64,000 bases of DNA from Entomortierella parvispora E1425 (lineage: Eukaryota; Fungi; Mortierellomycota), in assembly GCA_020891255.1 (NCBI GenBank), contig BQFW01000009.1, positions 1,488,001-1,552,000 of the forward strand, in the 5' to 3' direction. Under the pieces are notes generated by a model. It saw only the letters and a program-made list of their open reading frames with translations, did not search any database and was not told where the DNA came from. Of the stretch, positions 1 to 11,704 are shown piece after piece. The translations under genes were made by a program, and so were the position numbers. Every line of letters begins with the position of its first letter. Within the stretch, counting starts at the first letter, position 1.

Positions 1-1354
1 AGATCGAATCTCTGCGCCGATCAGATACAACTTGCGCAAGGCGTAACTGTAACCAATGGTCACGAGGACATGGGCCACGAAAATCGAAACGGCAATAAAG
101 AGGCCAAATATCAGGGGTCGCTCGCCTTCATGGCTTCGTCCTTCAATGTAATCCAGAAGTAAACCCAGCAGAAATGGCGAAAGGATTTCTCCGAACGGAA
201 TGAGAATCCTCGCGGCGACAATTGGCACAAACCCTCTCCAGTGCGCGACCAAAATAGAGTTGAGGAGCGAAGGCGGTTTGATCTTTGACCTCTTCTCGGG
301 GTCGGTTTCTGCCTCCAGTCGCTGGTGAAATGCTTGGACGCGTTTGTTCCAGACCCGTTCTATCCGTTCCGCTCCCACCTTTGTCTCGTGTTCTTCTGGC
401 AAGATGTTGGCAATGTCCGCAGGAGAGAGAAACTCTTGTTTGGCCGCCAAATTGACAATGGGCTGGAAATAGGACATTGTCAATTGAGAGAGCAAGCTGG
501 CGCGGTCGTAGGCTCGTATCTCGGGAGGTAACTGTTGATGAATACGAGTCGATCCTCGAGGCCAAGCCTCCGCCGTCAATCCAACAAGAACGGAAATGAG
601 CACCAATGCACTGAGAATGAACTGGACGCTATGGCCTTGTCCAAGATCATACAGAGTGTGGAGGATGAAGGATGTTGAGACGGCCGTTACGATGTAAAAT
701 GAGATGAGCGAGTTTGAGGACCGGATCGTGTATCGGGGTTCATCGTAGTTGACCCACAGACTCATGAACTAAACAAGACAGAGATGAAAAGTTAAGGTCT
801 TTTGCCAGCATCACATCGAAGTTATGAGCAAGTTTGATCTGATATCTCGGATGCTTACCCATGCTATAGCCATGGTAAGTGATCCCACCGTGTTCATAAC
901 GAAATAGTCTTTAGCTGTGACGCTGACGGCAGTTTGTACCAAGAAGAGGACCACGGTGGCTAGGATACTTCCCTTTGCGGGCCAATAGTGCCATGGCGTA
1001 CGCCCGTAGTTGTGGGGTGTGCGCTGTGTGCGGAGCCTATATGTCCGGGCAAGGAGCAGAAAGAAGCCCAGCCAGCCTAGCAGGGTATAGAAGATGCTGT
1101 AAAGACTTGGGTCAGATACTCATGCTGATCGGATGGTCGGCTGGATAAAGGCGCATGTACCTGTACTCGAAGCAGAGGGTAAGATCTGCGCGGGTTGGGC
1201 TTGTGGGACCCTACAACAGGCAATAGAGAAAACAAGAGATGAGAGGATTTCCCAGGACGCTCTAGAACCTTTGGGCGAAGCTACGAGCGAGCAAGCATAC
1301 CCAGCCTTCGGATCCACAGAGATGTGTCTTCTTGCCCAGAATCGACGTGTCCAT
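1..1354 (-). CDS. ABCC/MRP-type ABC transporter (Ycf1/Ybt1-like), 5' part only; continues beyond the window's left edge
   Basis: ATG at 1354. Three GT-AG introns spliced by eye give MDTSILGKKTHLCGSEGW|GPTSPTRADLTLCFEYS|IFYTLLGWLGFF...MAIAW|FMSLWVNYDEPRY...AEAWPRG...YDRASLLSQLTMSYFQPIV...LLGLLLDYIEG. This is the typical fungal MRP TMD0 (CxxEGWGP...CF), L0 linker and start of TMD1. The main frame is missed by the ORF track. Confidence 0.85.
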
Positions 1355-2189
1355 GGTGTAACGGGGGAATGCGGCCGTAAGGGAAGCTAAAAAGTTTTTC
1401 TTCTGTGGAAAAGGCGGTGTTTTGTTTTGTCGGGAAAGAGGATCTGTTGTTTGATGGGAAAGAGAAAGGAGAAAGAGAGAGAGGAGCATTGTGTAAACCG
1501 GGGATCTTATGAACGGTTGCGCTGCAGGGTTTGGGTTTGCGCTGCGGTCTTGCTTCGATCTGCTTCTGTGTGGTTCTGAAGGCCCAAGACGCAGTTTTGG
1601 CTCCAGTGGCTCCAAAAGGCGAAATTTTTGGTTGTGTCTGTCTGTCTGTCCGTCTGTCTGTGGGCTGTTTGGCAGAGCATCCATCCGTCTGCCTATGTCG
1701 TCTATATCTGTCTTCAGTCTGTCTGTCCACCTACCAGCTGCGGTGACTGCAATGTGCTGCCTTGGAGAATGAGGAATGAAGCGTCAGGATGCAGTCGTGA
1801 ATGGGCGCCACGGGGGATGAAGGTGCCCATGCACTTCCGAGAGGGAGAATACGGGAACACGGGCTAGGTGAAGAGAGAGAGAGAACGAGCACAAAAGGCA
1901 ATATCGCTCAATTGCTGCTGCGCGCCGCGATGCAGGTATCATCGCGGGTGCAATGCGGTTACTCAAAGAGAACAAATTCCGACTCTCCCGACTCCCTCTC
2001 ACGAGTTATACTTGCCAGTCACACTTCATTTTGGTGGCAACTGCAAAACCAAGCAAGACCCATCTGCCCAATCGTCCTTCGCGCGACCGACGCGCGCCAA
2101 TGGGGCCTGCTGGGCAAGCAATTTTTTTTTTCTTTTTTTTCTTTTGTTCACCATCCCCCACCTTCACTACACTCACCTCCCTCACCTCC

Positions 2190-2250
2190 CTCCTCTCTCT
2201 TTCTCTCTCTTTCTCTCTCTTTCTCTCTCTTTCTCTCTCTCTCTCTTTGA
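2190..2250 (+). repeat. (CT)n/pyrimidine tract in the 5' leader of the gene at 2303
   Basis: Interrupted CT dinucleotide run just upstream of ATG 2303. Confidence 0.85.
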
Positions 2251-2302
2251 CTCTTGACATCAAACACTCAAACACCTCATCCCTTGCTCTACGCTCCATT
2301 CT

Positions 2303-4987
2303 ATGGATAGCGATCTCGCACTCGCAGCCAAGAAGGCTGCTGGTAACGTCTACCATTGGATCTTTGACAAACAAGCCGAAGCTCCTCTTGCCTCTAAGAT
2401 CCTGTCTCCTATTACCTCAAGAATCCTCACTCCCTCCTCCATTGCTGCATCCATGGCCTCGCAGGCTGCCTCATTTGCGTCTTCCTGTGTCAACTCGTAC
2501 TTGCATGGATCTTCTTCAGGCCAGAAGGCAGGAGATGCCCACCATTCAGCATCGCACTCTTCCTCCAGCATGCACCATGGCTCCACCATCAACTACTGCG
2601 AGGACAAGTCAACCCACGGAGGAGACTTGCACGGCGCCTCCCATAACATTCTTTCGTCCGCTTTTCATGCTCTTGGTGGCGGTGGCGGACCTTCGATTAT
2701 CTCGTCCTGGAGATATTGGGACCCTTCAACCACCTTTGACAACCTTCTTTGGAACTATACACCGGATCTTCAAGAGTGGATGACTCGCTCTGGACTGACC
2801 TCGTTTGCGGAAAAGTACGAGATTGAGCCTCTGGTCATCCTCTTTGCGCTGGTTTTGCCTTTGATTATGGTGTCTCTTATCACCTGCGTGGCTCTCAGTC
2901 CCGCAAGTAAGGACCGTCCCCCAACTGTGCCTGGTCGCAAGGCAGATCCAGCCCTTGTCAGTGGCAAGCAGGGATCTTCTCATAAGGCTGGAAAATCAAA
3001 GCAAGGCGGTAAGGGCTCGTCCTCCTCGTCCTCACCCTCTGTTTCCAAAAAGGGAAAAGGCAGTTCAGGGGCCCAAGATGCCGCCGATACCTCGTCCTCG
3101 TCCCTTGAATCCGGTTCTCAACTGGGCAACGGTCTTGGTCTGGGTACCTGGGGCTCAATGCTCCTTGGATCTGCTGGTTTTCTCGGTGCCGAGGGTTTGA
3201 ACTTGGCCCCCTATGCTGGCTTGGCTGGAAAGAACCTTGGAGATCTTATTGACGGTGCTGTGGAGACGATTACCAACAAAACAGAGGCTCCATCGAATAC
3301 TAGTAACCTCGAGCACGGACAGATCATCGCCTCTGAATCAAAGACAGCTCATATCGATAATCACAAATCTCAAAAGCTCAATAAGGGCGCAGGAAAGAAG
3401 GCTGAAGCTCAAACTCACTTTTCGGTTGGATCTCTTGCTGATATCGAGGCCCATTCGGCAAAGGCACAGGCAGAGAAAGAGGCACACAAAGCGGCTGATA
3501 AGGAGGCACACAGGGCAGCTGATATCGCTGCCCATTCTGCTAAGAAAGATCATGTCAAAGCTGCTCACCAGGCTGCCTCTCATGTGGATCAGAACGCTGG
3601 TCATAAGAAAGCTCAAAGTAAAACCCCATTGGACGTCCTTGATTTCAACTCTGGTCAGAAAAACGCCAAAGCCACCAAAGCTGCAGTCAGCACCGGAGCT
3701 GCAAACGCGGCTACTGCTGATGCCCGTCATAGTGGCGTGTCCGCCCCTTTGAGAACACGGATGGCCAACAGAGCGGGCTCTGGTGACACTAAAGATCAGA
3801 ACTCGTCTGGGCGAAAGATCGAAGAAGCGTCTACTTCGCATGCAAGAGCGACAGCCGCGGCTGCAAAGGCAGCCCACCCACACAATCATGCTGCTGTGGG
3901 AAGAGATCTGGGCTCAAAGATTCTGGGTTTTGCTCAAGGAAGCCAGTTGTTGAAGAATATGGATACCTTCTCGGGCGGCATCTTAGGCTCCGCCGTCGCA
4001 ACAGTGGCTGCATTGGCCAACACAGCTGAATCTACGGCCGCGCTTTTGAAAGAAAACCTGCCAGATTCCGTTACAGGTACAGTTCTACTCCAGTGCCATT
4101 GACTCGAAAAATTATATCGCGAAGAGTTTCTTGAACCTAGCTTCTGAACCTCATTCAATTATTGATTTTTTTCTTTCTGGGACGTTTTTGTGTGTGTAGA
4201 TTTTACGGATGAGCTGCAGGACGCGTTCGATCACGCCATGGACACAGATAGTCTGGATGCAAGGCAAGATGAGGAGGGCAAGTCTTGGGGAATTCGTCAA
4301 GCTGTATCTCAGATCATGGATGACGATGACAAGGTGGCACAGAAGGAGCAGCGGCACTCAACTTTGTCCTCGACGTACTCAGAAAAGGCCGCCACCCGTA
4401 GCAAAGTACAGTCGCAACAGGGAAGCGCTGGTGCAGCCACGCGCAAGTTCTCTGTTGAAGATATCAGCCTCGCCCCTATCATTCCCGGTGCTTACACGAA
4501 AACGCGCGAACGCGTCAAAGAAACATCGGATGAAACATCAAAGACTGAAGGTGAGGATGAGTCTGCTCATTCGAGTGCTCCCTCAGCTAAAACTGAGTCC
4601 TCGGCCAAGATTGACAAGGGGCTGAGCAAGTCGACTAGAACGGGTGCTAAAGATGATGATGAAGAGAATATCAGCGGTGGTAGCAATAGCGGAGACAGTG
4701 ACGATTTGGAGGATGATGAGAACGCCGATGATGGATCCAGCCCCACCCATCATTACCACCACCACTATCACCGCACAACAAAGATCCACCCCCACGACGC
4801 GTCCCACGATCAATTGGCTAAGGATGACAACAAGAAACAAACCAAGGCTCAGTCCAAGAAGAAAAACAAAAAGAAGCAAAAGAAGGAGCTTGGCTTGGAT
4901 GCACATGGAAACAAGGTCCAACAAGCCACGACGGAGGAGAGCCGACGAGACAGTGGATTTGACCTTCTATCTGAGGTCCACATTTAG
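2303..4987 (+). CDS. Hypothetical ~850-aa largely disordered protein with one clear TM helix (Ser/Ala/His/Lys-rich, acidic C-terminal region)
   Basis: Long ORF 2303-4076, intron 4077-4199 (GTACAG...GTGTAG), then exon 4200-4987 in register (V-T-G|AT=D-FTDE). Hydrophobic segment [23 protein letters not shown]. No family recognised. Confidence 0.7.
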
Positions 4988-5734
4988 GACTTTTCTGTCG
5001 CTGTCTGTGAAGTATCATTCTGGATCTTATCGCTTTCGCCCTGCGTTTATCAATATTCTGTAAATACTCTTCAATAAAATTGTGTACAGCAACTCCTAAA
5101 GATGAGATGACATCCTATCCATGAAGGACGCTCCCGTTCATGAAGGTCGACAATTGGAAGAGCACGAGAAAAAAAATCAAGTCGTCTCATACTTTCGGCT
5201 GTGGGCCTTGTTGTCATTTTGGGAACAACCTGCTGCATGTGCTGTCCGGAAAAAGTTCGGAAGGAGTGATTCCCAAGTAATTCAGCGCCGAGGGCGAGGG
5301 TTACCTTGGAGGGCTGAATTTCGTGTGTGGCTGTTGGCTCTCAAAAACACACATCCAAAGGATTAGAGCGGAGTAGTGCCGTAAAAACCATTGTTCAAGG
5401 GCGAGGGACCGAAAGGGAGAGGTGATACCAACAGATGCAAGGGCCGCCGACCATTGAACCTTTCCACTGCTTGCCTTGCCTTTCCTTCTTCTGCTGGTTG
5501 ATCTGACAATGGTGTCTCGCGATCTCTTCCCTTGTGCATCTCACTCTTCTCTCGCTTTCTTCCTTTCCCTTGCTTTCTCACTTTCCTGAACTCCATTTCC
5601 ACTTGCTCCATTTTTCGACTTTTGCTCTTTTTCTTTTTCTAATCGAGTTGAACCCCTCACCCACCGAGTGCTCGTTATACCCCCTTCCACGCCCATCTCC
5701 CCTCTGCTCTTTTGCATTTATACCCTGCTCTGTG

Positions 5735-6798
5735 ATGGCGCTTTTATCACAGCACAAACTCTGGCTGGGCCTCTTATCCCTCTTGGCTTCGTCTCTTTCC
5801 TTGTCTTCTTCGCGAAGTTTCATCAAATCAACAGTGTCCCCAAAGTCACCTATGCCGAATCCGTCATAGAAGGCGAGACTATCAAACTTCCCTATAAGGA
5901 GCAAGCGGTCGTCATGCACGAGTTCACTTGGTCAGGACTGGGCAACAGATTCATGGACCTCCTCTTTTCGCTACAATACGCCCATGATAACAAACTCACC
6001 TACTCCTTCAACCGCAACGGTTTTATCGCCAACCCCCGCGACGCCGACCACACCTGGCTGGCAGATCTGCTCTCAGGGCGGTACCCCGACACTCGACTCA
6101 TCACTCATCAACTCTATCATATCAGTGACTACACAAAGAAACCCCCAGCCTTGACACCCGCCGAGAGGGTGTTAAACGATGGGTACTTTATGGACGGAGC
6201 CACAGCTTGTGCAGGCTGGGATTGCTTCTTGTTGGGGGCCTCGAAGTTTTCCGCTGGGTTGCTCAACCGCAACAATGAGCTCCAGGATCTCCTTGGAATG
6301 ACGGCCAAGAACCGAGAGAGAAGGGTTGCCATCCATATCCGACTTGGAGACGAGACCCACCTTTTGCAAGCGGACCAGTACTTGAAGATCGTCGAGGGTT
6401 TGCAGAAAAAATACCTCGAACGACGTGACGGCTCGCTGATGAACAGAGTCCACTTTGTGTACCATATCCCAACCGAGGAGAACCGGTATGAATATAACCC
6501 TGCGGGGGTCGCTAGCACACAAGAGACCTTGGACCGGTTGAAGCTCTCGTTCCCAGAGGCTGAGTTCCATGACTTTCACACGTTGGAGAAGACGGTCCGG
6601 TTCATGGCCCAGTCAGAGTTTTTGATCACCTCTGGAAGCAGTCTGAGCTACATGGCCGCTTACTTTTGCAACAAGTGCCACGTCGTGTTCACGACACCCA
6701 AGGAGTGGGTTCGAAGCAAGATTAACATGACTGAGGAGAACTACAAGCAGAGTCTCTATTACATGAAAGGATGGGACCCCGAGATTGAGTTTTATTAG
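5735..6798 (+). CDS. Putative GDP-fucose-type glycosyltransferase (GT11/O-FucT-like fold); 5' end irregular (apparent frameshift or cryptic intron)
   Basis: Motifs [23 protein letters not shown] and [16 protein letters not shown] match the three conserved fucosyltransferase motifs. A type II anchor ([11 protein letters not shown]) has no in-frame ATG upstream; the nearest ATG (5735) is one base out of frame. Confidence 0.65.
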
Positions 6799-9078
6799 AG
6801 AGAGAGACAGCGGTTGGAGACCTTTATACAATAGACAGCGGGAAGGTCCGCATGTACACTTTGCCCCCCATACCACCATACCTTAATCGCCCTCGCCTTC
6901 CCTGCCTCCTCTCCTTCCCAATAACTGCTTTCTATTTCTGGGAGCTTGGCAGCCCTGGGGGCTACCTTGCGAAAAGAAAAATAAAACATCAATCCCAAAT
7001 ATCCGAGAAAAAACAATAAAAAAAAAAAGACAGGAGGGAAAATGATGGCGATGGATCAAGACATTGACCGTGGGAGGTGGTCTTTGTATTCAGCAATTAC
7101 CAGAGCAGACATCTTGTTTCTCCTGGAAGGATCTCTTCCTTGTCGGAATGGATCAAAATGATGGAGAACATGGTCAATCCGAACTGAAGGGCAAACAGAC
7201 CCAGGCAGCCCAAGTCAACCCGCAAGGCCGCCATTCGATCCAGTTTTTCGGATCCGCCACACCCAAGTTAGGAACCAGCAGTGGTGACACCTGCGTTGGA
7301 ACCACGGTAACTGAGCCCGCGAGACGGCCCTGTCAAAGGATTTTTCTTTTCTTTCTTTTTTTCAACTTTCTCCCTCTCTTACCGGCTCCGCTGTAGTAAA
7401 GGGTACCTTTGCTGCACTCTATTCTATCTCCGAGCTGGTGAGAGCTCCCAAGAACACCGCAGGACATCAGTGGTAAACAGTACACAGCTATATAAAATGG
7501 TCACCGGAGCTGCAACAGTGCACAGTTTGCCCCCTCGTTGCTCATTGAGAAGAGGTCAAACTGCTGTATTCTGAGTTTGGATATCATAGTTTCAAAATGC
7601 TGCAGGTCACCACCATGTGAACAAAGAAAATGGCGCTCGTTGCCCAGCCACCAGATACCCCCTGGGTACAGTACCCTAGGTGCTACACCTACACGTGTAC
7701 GCCACTGAATCTCTACTGGCACTGCAGGCAAGCGGCACCATTGCCCCACACAAAAAAAACCATCGATCCAAGTGTTGCAATCGCGGACGCGGTGGTTGGA
7801 TTTTGAGCCTGTCATCGTGGAAATTAAAGTTCATCTGCGTCCACGCGGTCTGCGATCTTGATAGACAATCGTGGATTGCAAACCAAAACGCGGTGAGGGC
7901 TCTAGCAGTGGTCGAGGCAGACAGCAGCATGGTGAAGAGGCCGCTCTTTTGTTCGGGTTACACATGTGAGGCCCGTCGCCAGGTTTATAGCCGCGATTTG
8001 TAGGTCATACTTCCGTGTGAGGATGTCTCATTGCAAAAGAAACGCGTACAGAAAAACGGTTGACAGTCGCACAGAGAAGGAACCTCACGAACAATGAAAG
8101 TTTTTAGCTTGATTATGTTTGTACTACATCCTTTGTGTTGTCCTTTTCTTCCTGATTCTTCTAGATCGTCTCTAGCTATTAGATTGCTACCCCGTTGCCA
8201 GGTCCTCAGGTTCTGATAGATGCTGCTAGCCCTTGATGCTATGAATATCATTGATAAGAGCAGGCGTTCGCGACTTAAAAGTCGTCTGTAGTGTGCACTA
8301 GGTTGTTGTGATGCCGACGCTAAAGGGCAGGGGAAGGGGGGCAAGGGGCAAGTAGTGGGTTTAAATTCAAGGAGACGCTTGAATCAAAGGTTCATCATGG
8401 AAGGTTATCCGGGGGCGAACGTTCAATTGAAAAGAACATTTAGCACAAAGAACGAAATGTGAATACGATAGGCTCAGGACTCGGACACGCACAGCTGCCA
8501 TTTGGGCTGAACCATTGTCCCCAAGATCAAGCCTATCTACGTCGATTGCTGCAGATTGGATTGCATTTCTTTTCTTCTCCTAGTTCCTCGACTCTGTCCC
8601 GAAGGACTGGCACATGCGGTTGAAAGAAAGGGATAATAATGCGCCGACTCCCTTCTTCCATAAGGCTCTCTTCCGATGCTGCACAGGGACCCTCTTCTTT
8701 CCAGCTTTGTCAGACTGCCAGAAAAAAAAAGATAAAGAGACGCTCATTTTCTGTTGTCTTTCTCTCTTATCCTCTCTCATCCTTTCGTTTTTATCTACTT
8801 TCTCTCTATAATCCTGCTCCACTCCCCTCTACCCTTCTTTTCGCCTACTCATTGCAGATATCCTGAAGTCAGTCAAACGTAGAGACATCTGCTCCGCTGC
8901 CAGTGGACTCGTGCCCTTGTCTTTTGTGTGCACCAGAGCCCACTGTTGACATCCATTTCTCTCCACATTCTCCTGTCTTGTCACTGTCTCCGCTTCTGCC
9001 CCATACATACATTCAGCTTAAGGCACATACACACATACACACGCACACCCTTGTCGATAGCACATCCCTGCTTAAGTG

Positions 9079-10633
9079 ATGGCGTTACCAACCTTGACCA
9101 CCGCTCAAAGGACACGGTACACGTCCCAGCCGTTGCTGAGACGATGGTTACTTTTGATCTGCACACTCTCAGTGATGTTCACGGGAGTATACTTGATCCT
9201 GTTGAGTACCAGCACTGGCTCATTTGGTTCTGTCGAATGGTTGGAAAAGTGGCCAAACTGCCCCATCCATTCGGCACCAGGAGAGATCTGTGTTCATTCA
9301 GGGGTGAGCCATTCAGATTTGAGAGATGTTTGCGGAAAGCTGAAGATGTCCACGGGTCATTGCCAGGACAGACATTATGATGTGATTGTGGTGTCCAGTT
9401 CAGAAATGAAGAATGTTCATTCACATACCTATACAATGATTGTTCCTGGGAAGGAGATTGGCCAGGAGCTGGATGCATTTGTGCAGAGACACTCTCGCTG
9501 GATGATTGACACTCTGGGCACTGCGGAAGGGTTTGAGAAACTGACGACGTTTTCAAACGAGGACAAGCACCGAGTTGCTCTACAGCAGGGTCTGGATCTA
9601 TTGCAACACCGATGCGCCAGGTTCTTTTCTGGTAAGAGATCGAATTTCCGGCAGTCTGCCTTCATGATGAGTGTTGGAGGCGTTTCTAAGAACATCTATC
9701 GTAATTTATTGATTAGGGGCCATCAATCCTAACGGCTTTGGTACGACCCTGATATGGTAATTGAACAAGTTGATGCACAAGGCTCACAAGGTGCTAACCC
9801 GATATCTTTTTCTTTTTCTTTTTTTTTTGTTGACCCGCTTCCTACCAAAAGGGAGCACATGGCACAACATCGGCCTGGGGCTTGCACACGCACTTTTTTA
9901 CGACATGACCCTGATGACGCCTGATCAGTCAAAGCTTTCCATCCCACTGACGACCTGCACGGAAGCGCAGATGGAGCAGGCTTTTCAAGTCAATCCGCCT
10001 ACCACGATTTATCAGCATTGGGATGAATCGACTATTAACTACAAGTCGTTGGGATCAGACGTGATGGATCTCTTGGAGAAAAACACTACCATTCTCCCAG
10101 AGTTTCTCCCAAAGGGTTATTTCTGGTGGAGATCCATGTTGACCTATTACGCTGTCCGACCGAACGCACAGCTGAGAGAGATCTTACGAAGCCTGCCCAG
10201 GATTCCCAGACCTTGCATTGCAATTCATGTTCGGCATTCAGACAAGATCATAGAGGCTCAATTGATCGATTTCGCGATGTATATGGAAGAAGCCGAGAGG
10301 ATCAAGGCCAGGACCGGCATCTCGGACATCTATCTCATGACGGACGATCACCAGGTGATCAAAAGTACTCGCAAGTACCCAGATTTTCAGTTCCACTACA
10401 TAGATTTACCCAGGACCAACAGGGGCTGGCAGGTGGATGTGTTGACGGGGATCCCAAGGCCTCAATTAGAGATCAATTTTTTGAAGGAGATCTATTCAGC
10501 GGTTCAGTGCCAACACTTTGTTCTCACGTACTCGAGCAACGTGGGTAGACTTATTGCAGAGATTGCCTATGCCACGCAGAACAAGGCTCCAGAGGTAGTT
10601 TCCGTGGACGGAAAGTGGTTCATGTTTCCGTAG
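9079..10633 (+). CDS. Alpha-1,6-fucosyltransferase-like glycosyltransferase (GT23, FUT8/NodZ-like), type II membrane protein
   Basis: Exons 9079-9631, 9717-9740 and 9852-10633 splice in frame (FSG|AINPNGFG|STWHNIGLGLAHAL). IAIHVRHSDK, IYLMTDD and VLTYSSNVGRLIAEI correspond to FUT8 HVRRTDK, VYLATDD and VCTFSSQVCRVAYEI. N-terminal anchor RRWLLLICTLSVMFTGVYLILLS. Confidence 0.8.
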
Positions 10634-11564
10634 AGCATATAGAAAGGTCCCTCATCCAACGGTCAAACATGCAACGGAAAAACTTTGGACGGTCGCCCAA
10701 CTTTTTAGCGTCTCACTGGCGTCCCTTCACAATTTTCGCGATAATTACATCACGGTATTTCCATTAGTGCCAATGCTGTGTAACGTCTCTTGAGACTCGG
10801 CGCGCTGCATGCACGTTCCTTGTCAATGCAAGCACCGCGCCATTCGAGGACCACTATTCAAGGCTACAAACGAGGCAAGAATGTGTAATGGGCGCTGCAT
10901 TGCGACGCCCGAGGACAGTTGAATCGGCCCATCAATGGGAACTGGTGTTCTTGACTCGCTGGATTCTTGATAGCAAACTTGGACATAGGTTGGGGGGGGG
11001 GGGGAGAGTTCTGGAGACACCTCTTCTGCTTGGGCAGCCAGGTTGGTGAAAGGTTGGAACCCCTCAATAGGAGCTGGAGTCTCTTCCGCTGCACAAATAT
11101 GACGGACAAGCGACTTGACCTGCCGATGGATAGCGCCACATAAGGATCTTGCAAGATCTGGACTTCAGCTGAACTAGGTGGAGTGTCGGTAGCAAAAAGA
11201 TGAATCTGTGTCAGCGGCTCCGTAACTTCTGAATCATAGAGGCGTTCATCACAGAGGATGCTTTCGCATTGTGGTTTTCATGTAGCAAGGAACAATACGG
11301 CCGGCCAATTTTTTGGCTTCGCCCTTTTGTTTCCTGTGCGACTTGTATCTCGCAACAATGCCTTCTCCGCTTGCAGCAACAACAGCGAGGCAAGGAAAGT
11401 AGAATCTTACATTAGAGGACAGTGTCTTTTGAGCGGAGGCACGATCGCGGCGCTGTTGTTGAATTCATTCAAGAAAAGCGACGGTCAAGTCGAGCCTCGA
11501 AGGTGAACAGAAGCAACTGCAAATAAAGAGCACTTCCAGTGTAACCATCGCCACACTTTTCAGT

Positions 11565-11616
11565 TGTTTGCCACGGGAGCTCTCTGTTTGCCACTGTTTG
11601 CCACCAGATGTGGCAA
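11565..11616. promoter_or_regulatory. Cluster of TGTTTGCCAC motifs (reverse complement NGTGGCAAA, PACE/Rpn4-like) upstream of an F-box gene
   Basis: TGTTTGCCAC at 11565, 11585 and 11595, plus inverted GTGGCAA at 11610; 90-140 bp upstream of ATG 11705. Confidence 0.4.
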
Positions 11617-11704
11617 TGCAAAGAGAATGGGAATCTCATTCTCATTGTCTTTTCTTTCTATTCATCGTCTCCATCGTCCCAACTAAAGGCCTCATTCTTC
11701 GCCC

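Noticed and set aside
8094-8216. 40-aa ORF starting MKVFSLIMF (signal-peptide-like) between the two fucosyltransferases
   Set aside because: It lacks codon bias and a convincing mature peptide, and the hydrophobicity is explained by T-rich sequence.
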